A DNA stretch of 48,595 nt, taken from contig CAYHVI010000005.1 in the NCBI GenBank assembly GCA_964359655.1, forward strand, positions 1 through 48,595, in the 5' to 3' direction. This document shows positions 1 to 8,931 of the stretch, one piece after another. The DNA comes from an uncultured Candidatus Saccharibacteria bacterium. Lineage in GTDB: Bacteria; Patescibacteriota; Minisyncoccia; Minisyncoccales; UBA10102. Below the pieces are notes generated by a model that was not told the origin of the DNA, searched no databases, and saw only the letters and a list, made by a program, of their open reading frames with translations. The translations under genes were made by a program, and so were the position numbers. Position 1 is the first letter of the stretch, and each line of letters begins with the position of its first letter.

Positions 1-76
1 TGTATTCGGTTTGTCCAGAGAAATGCGTGTGGGAGAGTTTTGTAATTCACAGCTATAATGGAGATATGAGCGTAAA

Positions 77-175
77 TGTAGAGCGGGGACTGTGTGTAGA
101 GCGGGGACTGTACACACAGTCCCCGCTTTTGCTTTTCTGTCCCCGCTTTTGCTTTTTCACCGCTTTTGCTTTTGC
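77..175. repeat. Nested direct and inverted repeats (terminator-like)
   Basis: TGTAGAGCGGGGACTGT occurs at 77-93 and 95-111. There is a perfect 17-bp inverted repeat 82-98/111-127 followed by T-runs, and CCGCTTTTGCTTTT repeats three times. Confidence 0.8.
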
Positions 176-223
176 ATTGTTTGGATGAATTTTCAGGGCG
201 TTTCCTCTCCTCTCGCCGCTTGC

Positions 224-553
224 CTACCTGATAAGGTTTACGAGGGCGGAGGTGGGGGTGATCGTTTGAGGGTCGCTCTTCTCGTCAATGATGAGCAAAC
301 CCTCCTCGGCCATTGCCCACAGAGAGTTTATTACGTTCTGTGGGAACACCTTGTAGACGTAGTTTTTGTCTAGTTCCTTTCCCCACTCTTGCGCTGTTAC
401 GGCACGCCACTCGTCGTCCTCGAGGCAGACGGCCACTATAGCTGCTGCCACTGCCTCTTTCTCGACTTTTTTGAGGTTAGACCCGATGATTGCCGGGCCC
501 TCCATCATCATACCGAACCTCGAGACACCACTCGGCTTGCATGCGTATTCCAT
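224..553 (-). CDS. Hypothetical protein, possible winged-helix fold
   Basis: ATG at 553 has a GAGGTG SD at 559-564, and a strong promoter lies upstream. The segment VTAQEWGKEL...VINSLWAMAEEGLLII is wHTH-like by eye. Confidence 0.6.
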   Translation of the reverse strand: MEYACKPSGVSRFGMMMEGPAIIGSNLKKVEKEAVAAAIVAVCLEDDEWRAVTAQEWGKELDKNYVYKVFPQNVINSLWAMAEEGLLIIDEKSDPQTITPTSALVNLIR

Positions 554-634
554 GTTCACACCTCGCTTATTTTATTTGCCCTTTATCTAAAGGACTGGAA
601 TAAAGACTATCTCTACTCTCCATTCCAGCTCCTT

Positions 635-735
635 AAAACAATCAACTCTCCTTTGGCGGGAGAGCTGATTGGATGAATTGTGATATGTTCGTCAGTATTG
701 ATATTGTTTGCCGGAGCTCTCCTTCACCAGCAAAC
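635..735 (-). promoter_or_regulatory. Structured leader with intrinsic terminator and possible anti-terminator pairing
   Basis: Hairpin 706-735; 13-bp terminator stem 639-671 followed by UUUU; loop GGAGAGCU (715-722) is complementary to the terminator 5' arm (659-666). Confidence 0.5.
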
Positions 736-757
736 CTCTTCTTTTATTGTTAAACAC

Positions 758-786
758 ATTGTAGCATACTTCTGCAAAAATGTCAA
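758..786 (-). promoter_or_regulatory. sigma70-type promoter
   Basis: TTGACA-17 nt-TACAAT with extended TGn on the minus strand. Confidence 0.75.
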
Positions 787-854
787 GGGTTGTGGGTGGA
801 AGAATAAGGCTAAATACAAGAAAATAAGCCTATTTGAGCTTATTTTAAGGTTAT

Positions 855-878
855 CCGCCTTCGCTTAAAGCTACGGCG
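855..878. repeat. Small palindromic element (family A) overlapping the holB stop
   Basis: CCGCCTTCGCTTAAAGCTACGGCG; related copies at 15809-15837 and 30227-30248. Confidence 0.65.
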
Positions 879-1605
879 AGACAGGGAGATTGAGCATTAT
901 ACGCTCTAAAGCCAAACGAGGATTGATGTTGGTAGTACGCAAAAGCAGACTGGTTTCTTGAATAACTTGAATGGTGCCAACGAGCGCTTGGGCAATCTGT
1001 GGATTTTCTTTTACAGACGCATGAAGCATTGCTCGCGCAGCGACAAGCCAAGTATCAAGAATTTCTGAAATTTGCTCTGCAGCATCAGCGAGTTTTTTCG
1101 CCAAAGCAAATCGCACGGCAAGATCTGCCTTTTGCAGTTTCTGAAATTCGATAATGTCGTGTTCAAGAACTTTAGTTGGCGCAAATGAATAAAATTTAAA
1201 TTCCTGCGTCCGCGAACGAATGGTATCAAAAAGCATATCGGGATATTCAGTGAGCAGAAAAAATATAGTATCCCCTTTTGGTTCCTCCAAAAGTTTCAGA
1301 AACGCAGATTGCGCCTCCCTATTCATTAAATGAGCGTGCTTTAATAGAGCCACTTTATAAGGTGAATTCCATGCGCTCATGCTCAAGAGAGTAGAGAGTG
1401 AACGGATTTGCGCAATGGTGATTTCAAGTGCGTTATCCTCCTCGCCCGGGCTTACCACTATTTGATCGGCGCTCTGAACGCAAAGAATTTCCAAAAGGCT
1501 GCGCACAAGTTCGTTTTTTTGCTTCTTATCGTTTCCGGAAAATAAATAGGCGTGAGAAAGTTTTTTTTGTTCTGCAAGTTTTTTGAGAAAGTCGTATGGC
1601 CGCAT
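871..1605 (-). CDS. holB: DNA polymerase III delta' subunit (short, no Zn module)
   Basis: HAYLFSG, ITIAQIR, KVALL..AHLMNREAQSAFLKLLEEP and TIRSR clamp-loader motifs. Confidence 0.85.
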   Translation of the reverse strand: MRPYDFLKKLAEQKKLSHAYLFSGNDKKQKNELVRSLLEILCVQSADQIVVSPGEEDNALEITIAQIRSLSTLLSMSAWNSPYKVALLKHAHLMNREAQSAFLKLLEEPKGDTIFFLLTEYPDMLFDTIRSRTQEFKFYSFAPTKVLEHDIIEFQKLQKADLAVRFALAKKLADAAEQISEILDTWLVAARAMLHASVKENPQIAQALVGTIQVIQETSLLLRTTNINPRLALERIMLNLPVSP

Positions 1606-2612
1606 TATTTCTTGCTCATAATACTTCGCTTAAAAATCTCCAGACTGTCGAGCACAACACCAGCACCTCTCGCAACGCAGGTTAAAGGATCATCTGCTAC
1701 AAAACAAGGCACGCCAATTGCTTGCGAAATACGCTGATCAATATTGCGTAAAAGAGCGCCTCCTCCAGTCAAAATCATTCCCTTGTCCATAACATCGGCG
1801 GAGAGTTCGGGCGGCGTGTCGCGGAGCACTGTTTTAATCGTGAAGACAATCTCATCAATCGGCTCCTGGGCGCCTTGAGCGATCTCATTGGAAGAAATTT
1901 TAATATTTTTGGGAAGGCCGTGAATTAAATCGCGACCGCGAACTTCCATCACTGCCTCTGCTCTTTCGGGCAGAGCAGTTCCAATCTTTATTTTAATTTC
2001 CTCTGCTGTTTTTTCGCCTATGGCAAGATTGTGTCGCTTTTTGATGTAGTCTGAAATCGCCTGATCAATCTTATCGCCAGCCACGCGCAGCGAGGTTACC
2101 ACCACAATTCCTCCCAAAGAGATAACTGCCACTTCAGTGGTACCCCCGCCAATATTCACAATCATATGGCCAGAGGAAGAACTAATCGGGATGCCGGCGC
2201 CAATAGCCGCCAATATAGGCTCTTTTGCCACATATGCAGCTCTGGCTCCGGCCTCATGAGTAGCTTCGATTACGGCTCTCCGCTCGGTTGAGGTAATTCC
2301 GGCTGGCACAGAAACCAGTACTTCCGGCTTTAAAAATTGGTATTTTGGAATAATACGGCGCATAAAGTGTCGAATCATAGCCAGTGTCACCCGGTAATCT
2401 GCAATCACGCCATCGCGCAGAGGCCGATATACCCGAATGGTATCTGGGGTGCGGCCGGTCATTTCTTTCGCCTCTTCCCCTACTGCTAAAATTCGGTTGT
2501 CGTTTAGAGACACTGCCACTACCGAGGGTTCGCACAAAACCACCCCTTTTTTGGGAACAAAAACCAACGAATTGCATGTACCTAAATCTATACCGATTTT
2601 AGAAATAAACAT
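1605..2612 (-). CDS. mreB: Rod shape-determining protein MreB
   Basis: IGIDLGT, EPSVVA, RPLRDGVIAD, IGGGTTEVAVISLGG and LTGGGALL motifs. Confidence 0.95.
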   Translation of the reverse strand: MFISKIGIDLGTCNSLVFVPKKGVVLCEPSVVAVSLNDNRILAVGEEAKEMTGRTPDTIRVYRPLRDGVIADYRVTLAMIRHFMRRIIPKYQFLKPEVLVSVPAGITSTERRAVIEATHEAGARAAYVAKEPILAAIGAGIPISSSSGHMIVNIGGGTTEVAVISLGGIVVVTSLRVAGDKIDQAISDYIKKRHNLAIGEKTAEEIKIKIGTALPERAEAVMEVRGRDLIHGLPKNIKISSNEIAQGAQEPIDEIVFTIKTVLRDTPPELSADVMDKGMILTGGGALLRNIDQRISQAIGVPCFVADDPLTCVARGAGVVLDSLEIFKRSIMSKK

Positions 2613-2637
2613 TTTGGAATTTGTCTCTTTTCACTTT

Positions 2638-3918
2638 TCATTTTACATTTACTCGTTTGATATCTGCTCCTAATTTCTGCAGCCTTTCTTCAATCTTTTC
2701 ATATCCACGATCTACTTGGTAAATATTACTGATCGTGCTTTTCCCTCTCGCAATTAAAGCTGCAATAAGCAAAGCTGCTCCTCCCCGTAAATCAAACGTA
2801 CCCAAGTCAGTACCGTGCAATCGCGTAGGCCCATTAATGATAGCACGATGCGGATCGGCAACATAAATTTCAGCCCCCATCTTATTGAGTTCTTCCAAGT
2901 ATTTCAAGCGCCCCGGATACAGAGGGTCATGAAGAAGCGTAGGCCCTTTTGCCTGTGTTGCCAGCACTCCAAGCGGACTTTGCAAATCAGTATGAATTCC
3001 AGGGTAGATGAAACATTGGATTTTATCAATGCGAAGTGTCTTGAATGGTTTTATACGCACGTCGCCAAATCCCTTTTTGCGCTCTCGAATCTCTAGTATA
3101 ACTCCAAAGTCCTTCAGTTTCTTTAAGAAAAACTCGAGAAACCGAATTTCCACATTACGCACCAACACATTTGCTTTTGCCGCAGCCGCTAACACCATAA
3201 ACGTACCAGCTTCAATGGGATCATAGATTAAGGTATGGCGCACCCCCTTTAAAGTTTTCTTTCCTAAAATCTCAATCACATGGCAACTCTTCAAATCCAC
3301 ACGCGCTCCCATCTTTGAGAGCATGTCAGCGAGCTCTTGAATTGGATAATCCTGGTCGGCGTTTTTGATGATCACCGGTTTTTGCTGTGCAGCAGCAAAG
3401 AGCATAATATTTTCCGTAGCAGTAACCGAAAATTCGTCGAGAATGGTTTCACTTTTTTGCAAACTCTTTGGTTGTTGAAGCGTAACACTCCCATTACGTA
3501 AAATCACCTTAATTCCTAACTGCGCAAAAGCGGAAAGATGCGTGTCAATGGGACGCGCCCCAATAATATCTCCTCCTGGCCGGGGAAGCTTCACTGAATG
3601 AAAGCGTGCCAAAAGCGGTCCCAAAAGCAATACCGAACCTCGGAGCTTTCCCACGAGTTTTTTATCAATCTTGGCAGGATTGAGATTTTTTGTGTTAATC
3701 TTGACCGCACGCTCTGAAATCCAATCAACCTTTGCCTGCATGCTTTCTAAAATTTCAATGATCCTGAATACGTCTTCAATCAAGGGCAAATTTTCTATGA
3801 TGCAGTTTTCTTTAGTTAGAATGGTCGCAGCCAATATGGGAAAGGCCGCGTTTTTAGCTCCCTTAACATCAATTGTTCCTCGCAACGGCTTGGCACCGTG
3901 AATTAAGAATTGCTCCAT
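2638..3918 (-). CDS. murA: UDP-N-acetylglucosamine 1-carboxyvinyltransferase (Asp at the catalytic Cys position)
   Basis: GAKNAAFPILAA, LRGSVLLLGPLLAR, PGGDIIGARPID, DLRGGAAL and DRGYE motifs. Confidence 0.95.
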   Translation of the reverse strand: MEQFLIHGAKPLRGTIDVKGAKNAAFPILAATILTKENCIIENLPLIEDVFRIIEILESMQAKVDWISERAVKINTKNLNPAKIDKKLVGKLRGSVLLLGPLLARFHSVKLPRPGGDIIGARPIDTHLSAFAQLGIKVILRNGSVTLQQPKSLQKSETILDEFSVTATENIMLFAAAQQKPVIIKNADQDYPIQELADMLSKMGARVDLKSCHVIEILGKKTLKGVRHTLIYDPIEAGTFMVLAAAAKANVLVRNVEIRFLEFFLKKLKDFGVILEIRERKKGFGDVRIKPFKTLRIDKIQCFIYPGIHTDLQSPLGVLATQAKGPTLLHDPLYPGRLKYLEELNKMGAEIYVADPHRAIINGPTRLHGTDLGTFDLRGGAALLIAALIARGKSTISNIYQVDRGYEKIEERLQKLGADIKRVNVK

Positions 3919-3941
3919 GCTTTGTTTTTTTATGTCTGTTT

Positions 3942-3992
3942 ATTGTATCTCGATTCCTCATTTTTTACAAATACGTCCGTGGTTGTTATACT
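3942..3992. promoter_or_regulatory. Overlapping divergent promoters (murA and PEGA gene)
   Basis: Minus strand: TTGTAA(3965-3970)-17-TACAAT(3942-3947). Plus strand: TTTACA(3964-3969)-17-TATACT(3987-3992), 6 nt before ATG 3999. Confidence 0.65.
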
Positions 3993-3998
3993 AAAAAG

Positions 3999-5432
3999 AT
4001 GACCAAGCGAACCCGCACAGTGCTCTTTTGCTTACTGGGTACAATCTTTCTGCTGGGAACACCAGCGATTATTTTATACTCACAGGGCTATCGATTTGAC
4101 TGGGAAGAACGATGGTTTTTTAAAGTAGGCGCTTTCTACTTTAGTGCAATACCAACACGTGCAGAAGTGTTCGTAAACGAAAAATCTATTGGTCAAACTG
4201 CGCGCGTATTAGGAACCATACTAACAAAAAACTTCCCTTCCAATACTTATCATATTCGAATTCAAAAAGAAGGTTACCATGCTTGGGAAAAACAACTGGA
4301 AGTTTTTGAAAAACAGGTAACGGAAGCAAAACACATCGTTCTTTTGCCAGTAGATCCTGCATTTGTTGTGCTTAAAGACGATGTTCAAGCCTTCTGGTTT
4401 GCTCCCAACAAAACAGAGGCAATTTTGCAAAAATCCAATTCCAAGAATACCTGGACTCTTGTGTTTTGGGACACAAAAGAGAATGTTGAATATCCTCTTT
4501 ATGAGTCGTCTCTTGCGCAGGATGAAGTTTGGGACCTCCGCTGGGCTCTAAACTCCAATTCGTTTCTCTTCCGCATTGCTTCTAAAGAACAACTGCAAAG
4601 TTTTATTCAACGCCTCGATCGCAACTTGCTCACCCGGCAAAAAACAAACGCTGAATCACTGCGAATTGCCGTACAGCTGCGCACTCTCGTGGATCAGCTT
4701 GGGGCAGCCAGCCAGCAAATTTCTTTTTCTCCTTTTGGAGAAAACCAGCTTCTTGCCCTCGTTCCCTCCCGCAATTCCTTTGTTTTATCGCAATTCGACT
4801 CTATACAAAAGCAACCTGCAACCTCTCTTGCTCAAAATGTAGTCACTTTTCTTGCAAACGACCATCAAGTATTGTGGCTCAACCAAGACGGCATACTTTG
4901 GCAACAGCAAAGCACAGATACCCAAGCTGTGCAGTTAAACCAAATTCCATTTCCCGTACAACCAGAGACACCGTATGCAATTTACCTTGCTGGGAACGAA
5001 TTTTTTATTCAGGAGAACCAAACACTTTACTTGCTCAATCCGCAAACTCAAGTATTTGAAGAATTTTTTGTATCTCTTAAAGAAATGATTTTGAGTCCCG
5101 ATGGGAAAAAACTTGCGCTTTCAAGTGGAAAAGAAATCTGGATCTATTTTTTACAAGAAGACCAAGAACAACCTTCTCATTCAAAAGGAGAAAAAGTGTT
5201 TCTCACAAGATTTGGCGAAAACGTTACAAATCTCATTTGGTTTGGCGCGCACTATCTTCTGTTTGCGCGAGGCGACGCAATCATAGCGTCGGAAATTGAC
5301 AATCGAGATCGCCTCAATATGGTGGAGCTTGCAACGTTCTCTCACCCCACTCTCTTTTTGCAAAACGTAACAGAAACTCTCCTTGTCCACACCAAAGATC
5401 AAATCCGCGTCTCTGAAAAACTCCTCCCCTAA
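3999..5432 (+). CDS. Membrane-anchored PEGA-domain protein with probable beta-propeller C-terminus
   Basis: N-terminal TM then YSQGYRFD; PEGA-like SAIPTRAEVFVN...YHIRIQKEGYHAWEKQLEV; SPDGKKLA propeller-type repeat. Start moved to MTKR because of the promoter. Confidence 0.75.
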   Translation: MTKRTRTVLFCLLGTIFLLGTPAIILYSQGYRFDWEERWFFKVGAFYFSAIPTRAEVFVNEKSIGQTARVLGTILTKNFPSNTYHIRIQKEGYHAWEKQLEVFEKQVTEAKHIVLLPVDPAFVVLKDDVQAFWFAPNKTEAILQKSNSKNTWTLVFWDTKENVEYPLYESSLAQDEVWDLRWALNSNSFLFRIASKEQLQSFIQRLDRNLLTRQKTNAESLRIAVQLRTLVDQLGAASQQISFSPFGENQLLALVPSRNSFVLSQFDSIQKQPATSLAQNVVTFLANDHQVLWLNQDGILWQQQSTDTQAVQLNQIPFPVQPETPYAIYLAGNEFFIQENQTLYLLNPQTQVFEEFFVSLKEMILSPDGKKLALSSGKEIWIYFLQEDQEQPSHSKGEKVFLTRFGENVTNLIWFGAHYLLFARGDAIIASEIDNRDRLNMVELATFSHPTLFLQNVTETLLVHTKDQIRVSEKLLP

Positions 5433-5845
5433 CGTTTTCTCCACTGGCGGGCGCGGCGGGCGCGCTTGAGCCCGAATTTTTTGCGCTCTCTCATTCGGGA
5501 ATCGCGGGTAAGAAATCCCAGCGTTTTTAAGTTTACTCGGAGTTCAGGATCCATTTTCACGAGCGCTCGTGCTATTCCCTGCCGAATGGCTTCGGCCTGC
5601 GCATGAGGACCTCCTCCTCGAACCAGTACGGTCACCGCAAAACTCTTTCCCGGACTCCCCTTTTCCAAAGATTCTCTAGCAACAGTTTGGTATTGAGATT
5701 CCTGTACGTATTCTTTCAAGGGTTTTTGATTTACCACAAAATCAGGCTTCGCAGATGCGAAAAGCCGAATCCTTGCAACAGCGGTTTTCCTCCTTCCCAC
5801 TGCTTCAAAATATGGACTTGCCTTTATTGGTGAACTCTTTGGCAT
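5429..5845 (-). CDS. rpsI: 30S ribosomal protein S9
   Basis: GRRKTAVARIR, GGGPHAQAEAIR and LTRDSRMRERKKFGL. Confidence 0.97.
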   Translation of the reverse strand: MPKSSPIKASPYFEAVGRRKTAVARIRLFASAKPDFVVNQKPLKEYVQESQYQTVARESLEKGSPGKSFAVTVLVRGGGPHAQAEAIRQGIARALVKMDPELRVNLKTLGFLTRDSRMRERKKFGLKRARRARQWRKR

Positions 5846-5846
5846 A

Positions 5847-6203
5847 TTACTCGATCTTGAGTCGGTGTATTTGTTTGGACCTAAGTTTATTTTTGGGCAA
5901 CATTCCCCATACTGCTTTCCGCAATACTTCTTCCGGGCGACTGGAAAACAGTTTCTCTAGCTTTGTTTCGCGCAAAGAACCCAAGTACTCTGAATGGCGG
6001 TAATATGATTTTTGACTTAATTTCTTCCCGGAAAACTGCATCTGCCGCACATTTTTTACTACGACAAAATCCCCCACGTCTTGACGTGGAACAAATTCTG
6101 TTTTTTGCTTTCCGCGAAGCAAAAGGGCTACGCGTACAGCCAAGCGACCAAATCGTTGGGCTGTCGCATCAAGGATATGAGTTTTTCTTTCAATGGTTTC
6201 CAT
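5847..6203 (-). CDS. rplM: 50S ribosomal protein L13 (C-terminally short)
   Basis: ILDA..GRLA..LLRGK, DVGDFVVV and AVWGMLPKNKL. Confidence 0.95.
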   Translation of the reverse strand: METIERKTHILDATAQRFGRLAVRVALLLRGKQKTEFVPRQDVGDFVVVKNVRQMQFSGKKLSQKSYYRHSEYLGSLRETKLEKLFSSRPEEVLRKAVWGMLPKNKLRSKQIHRLKIE

Positions 6204-6206
6204 AGA

Positions 6207-6557
6207 TTACTTAACGAGCTCCACAATCGCCATTTCTGCGCCATCTGACTTCCGGGGAACAATTTTAATAACTCGGGTATATCCCCCTTGACGCTCGCGA
6301 TAACGAGGGCCAATCTCTTCAAGCATTTTTTTCACAAGTTTTGCGTCGAAATATCGAAGCAATTCGCGGCGGGTGCCAAGAGTATCTTGCTTTGCTTTTG
6401 TAATCAGGCGCTCCATCACTGGTGCTATTTCTTTCGCCTTGGCGGCGGTAGTTTGAATTTTTTCTTTCTGTGCCAAAGCCCGCGCAACAGAAAGAAGCAA
6501 CGCTTTGCGCACTCCCTTTTTTCTCGATAATATTCTGCCTTTTTTCCGTTTTCTCAT
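6207..6557 (-). CDS. rplQ: 50S ribosomal protein L17
   Basis: IQTTAAKAKE, GGYTRVIK and DGAEMAIVELV. Confidence 0.97.
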   Translation of the reverse strand: MRKRKKGRILSRKKGVRKALLLSVARALAQKEKIQTTAAKAKEIAPVMERLITKAKQDTLGTRRELLRYFDAKLVKKMLEEIGPRYRERQGGYTRVIKIVPRKSDGAEMAIVELVK

Positions 6558-6581
6558 ACAATCAAAACAGATACTTACTAT

Positions 6582-7382
6582 TTATTTCTTTGCAGTTTTC
6601 TTTGCCTGTCTACTCTTTACTGCCTTCTTTGGTTTTTTCTCTGAATTCTCTTTCTCTTCTGGCGCAGGCTTCTCTTTTCTTAACTGGACCTCGACAATTT
6701 CTTTTATTCCATTTTTGAGCACATCAAACTGCTGCAGCAAGAGGTCAGTTGCCTGTAAAAAAGCTTTCTCTGGTGTTATCGTACCATCGGTTTCAATTTC
6801 TATAGTAAGGCGGTTAAAATCAGTTCGATCACCTACGCGCATATTTTCCACTCTTGAACTTACTCTTTTAATGGGCGTAAAAATGGCATCGAGCGTAATT
6901 ATCCCAATTTCCTGCTTTTCTTTTCTTCTTTCTTCTGCAGGCACATATCCAATGCCCTTTCCCACCTGAATTTCAATTTCGAGCTCCGCAGATTTTTCAG
7001 TTATGTGAGCTATAGGAAGATCCCCGTTTATAAGTTCGAGGGACGCAGGAAGCTTAAAATCAGAAGCTTTTACTTCCTTCTCACCCTTTACTTTTAAACT
7101 TGCCTTCTGCGGCTCTTCTCCGTATAGGCGAAAACGCATCTGCTTTAAGTTAAGCAAAATCGCAATAACGTCTTCAAGCACGCCCGGCAAAGTAGAAAAC
7201 TCATGGTCCACCCCTTTCAATTTCGCCTGCGTTATTGCCGCGCCCTCTAAAGAAGAAAGAAGTACGCGCCGTAAACTATTTCCAATAGTTACGCCGTATC
7301 CAGGGTAGAGACCTTCGATTACAAATACTCCTCGGTTTTGTTTGCTTTCGACAACTTTCGTTGGTTGAGACAAAGGAATCAT
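6582..7382 (-). CDS. rpoA: RNA polymerase alpha subunit lacking the alpha-CTD
   Basis: GYGVTIGNSLRRVLLSSLEG, HEFSTLPGVLED and DAIFTPIKRV; ends in a Lys/Glu-rich tail at 266 aa. Confidence 0.95.
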   Translation of the reverse strand: MIPLSQPTKVVESKQNRGVFVIEGLYPGYGVTIGNSLRRVLLSSLEGAAITQAKLKGVDHEFSTLPGVLEDVIAILLNLKQMRFRLYGEEPQKASLKVKGEKEVKASDFKLPASLELINGDLPIAHITEKSAELEIEIQVGKGIGYVPAEERRKEKQEIGIITLDAIFTPIKRVSSRVENMRVGDRTDFNRLTIEIETDGTITPEKAFLQATDLLLQQFDVLKNGIKEIVEVQLRKEKPAPEEKENSEKKPKKAVKSRQAKKTAKK

Positions 7383-7402
7383 AGAAAAAATTACTCTATT
7401 GG

Positions 7403-7927
7403 TTATCGCGAATAAAACTCAAAGACCAAAGGAATCTGAACAGTCGCACCCATTTCTGGGAGTGCCGGAACTGCTTGCATTTCCGCCTCCAGAAGATCTT
7501 TATTTAACTGCAGCCACTTTGGAGGTTCATATTTTTTCAATGCTAATTTGCGGTTTTTAAAAAATGTGTTTTCTTGGGAGTTTGGGCGAACGCGTATTTT
7601 ATCTCCTTTCTTGACTCGATAAGAGGCAACGCGAACTTTTTTTCCGTTTACCTGAATATGGCCATGCGAAATCAATTGGCGAGCCTGCTTTCTTGTTTCT
7701 GCCAAACCCGTGCGGAATACCACGTTATCTAAACGCCTCTCTAATTGCTGCAAAAGCTGTTCTTCTGCGTTTCCTTTGACGGCTTTCTTTAAGACATCTT
7801 GAATACAGCGCTTCATTTGACGCTCCCTCAAGTTATATTGAGCTTTCAGCTCCTGCTTTTCTTTTAACTGTCTCCCGTATTCAGACAATGGAGACGTTCG
7901 TCTTTTTCTTACAACTGCTTTTTGCAT
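7403..7927 (-). CDS. rpsD: 30S ribosomal protein S4 (N-terminally truncated)
   Basis: [32 protein letters not shown] and EFYSR. Confidence 0.95.
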   Translation of the reverse strand: MQKAVVRKRRTSPLSEYGRQLKEKQELKAQYNLRERQMKRCIQDVLKKAVKGNAEEQLLQQLERRLDNVVFRTGLAETRKQARQLISHGHIQVNGKKVRVASYRVKKGDKIRVRPNSQENTFFKNRKLALKKYEPPKWLQLNKDLLEAEMQAVPALPEMGATVQIPLVFEFYSR

Positions 7928-7933
7928 AATGTA

Positions 7934-7953
7934 TCTTAAGTTTATCGAATGGA
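7934..7953. repeat. Small palindromic element (family B) directly after the rpsK stop
   Basis: TCTTAAGTTTATCGAATGGA, near-identical to 26557-26575. Confidence 0.6.
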
Positions 7954-8406
7954 TTACACCCGTCTTACTTTTCTTTGCCGAGGCCCGTTATGGGGAACCG
8001 GCGTAATATCCTGAATTGACGATACTTCAAACCCTTTTGATCCTAGCGACCGCAAAGCAGAATCTCGCCCTGACCCAACCCCCTTAATCAAAATTTCAAC
8101 TCTTTCTATTCCTTTGCCTCTGGCAATTTGAGAGAGGGCGTCTGCAACCTTAGAAGCCGCAAAGGGAGTAGACTTTTTCGTACCTTTAAATCCTATGGCA
8201 CCAGCACTCACCTGTGCCAATACGTTTCCTTTTTTGTCGCAAAGTGTCATTAATGTGTTGTTGTACGAGGAGTATACATATACACGCCCCTCTAATACTT
8301 TTTTGGAAGAACCAATTCGTGCTGCTTTTGCTGTCGCGTCTGCCTCGATTGGCTTTGCTTCCCTTGCTCCTTCTTCGCCTTTTTTTATAATACGTTTTTT
8401 TCCCAT
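7954..8406 (-). CDS. rpsK: 30S ribosomal protein S11 (N-terminal extension)
   Basis: [19 protein letters not shown] and [11 protein letters not shown]. Confidence 0.97.
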   Translation of the reverse strand: MGKKRIIKKGEEGAREAKPIEADATAKAARIGSSKKVLEGRVYVYSSYNNTLMTLCDKKGNVLAQVSAGAIGFKGTKKSTPFAASKVADALSQIARGKGIERVEILIKGVGSGRDSALRSLGSKGFEVSSIQDITPVPHNGPRQRKVRRV

Positions 8407-8407
8407 A

Positions 8408-8797
8408 TTAGGTTGGCGTTGCCGCAGGCTTTCTTCCTGAAGTTACGGTTTTTCGCACATTCCCGCGCACCGTTCTGCTGTTGGTGCGCGTTCGCTGGCC
8501 TCGCACGGTCAAGTGCTTGGCGTGACGACTCCCTCTCCAAGAACCAATGTCATGCAACCTGCGAACAGCCATCATTATTTCACGCCGCAATTCACCTTCG
8601 ACTCGGTAGTTTTTTTCAATAATTTCTTTTATCTTATTCAACTCATCGGATTTTAAGGTCGCTGCCTTTCTTGTTTCTTCGATTTGCGCTTCCTTAAGTA
8701 TTTTTTTACTCAAAGGCAGTCCTATACCGTAGATATAGGATAAGGCTACTCCAATTTGTTTGTTGTCGGGAATGTTTATTCCGAGAAGTCTTGGCAT
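8408..8797 (-). CDS. rpsM: 30S ribosomal protein S13
   Basis: ALSYIYGIG, VEGELRR and VRGQRTRTNSRT. Confidence 0.97.
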   Translation of the reverse strand: MPRLLGINIPDNKQIGVALSYIYGIGLPLSKKILKEAQIEETRKAATLKSDELNKIKEIIEKNYRVEGELRREIMMAVRRLHDIGSWRGSRHAKHLTVRGQRTRTNSRTVRGNVRKTVTSGRKPAATPT

Positions 8798-8809
8798 ACT
8801 AAATGACTC

Positions 8810-8926
8810 TCACCCCTGCCTTTGTTTATGCGTAGGGTCTTTTTTACATATTACATACAACTTTCTCTTGCGCTTGACGATTTTACACTCTTTACACATT
8901 TTTTTTATCGATGATTGAACTTTCAT
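8810..8926 (-). CDS. rpmJ: 50S ribosomal protein L36 (Zn-binding type; not in the ORF track)
   Basis: Manual translation gives [38 protein letters not shown], between infA and rpsM. Confidence 0.97.
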   Translation of the reverse strand: MKVQSSIKKMCKECKIVKRKRKLYVICKKDPTHKQRQG

Positions 8927-8931
8927 AATCA

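Noticed and set aside
92-868. Plus-strand ORFs 92-373, 366-590, 389-676 and 680-868
   Set aside because: They are shadows of the minus-strand gene, its leader and the repeats, with no motifs or start signals.
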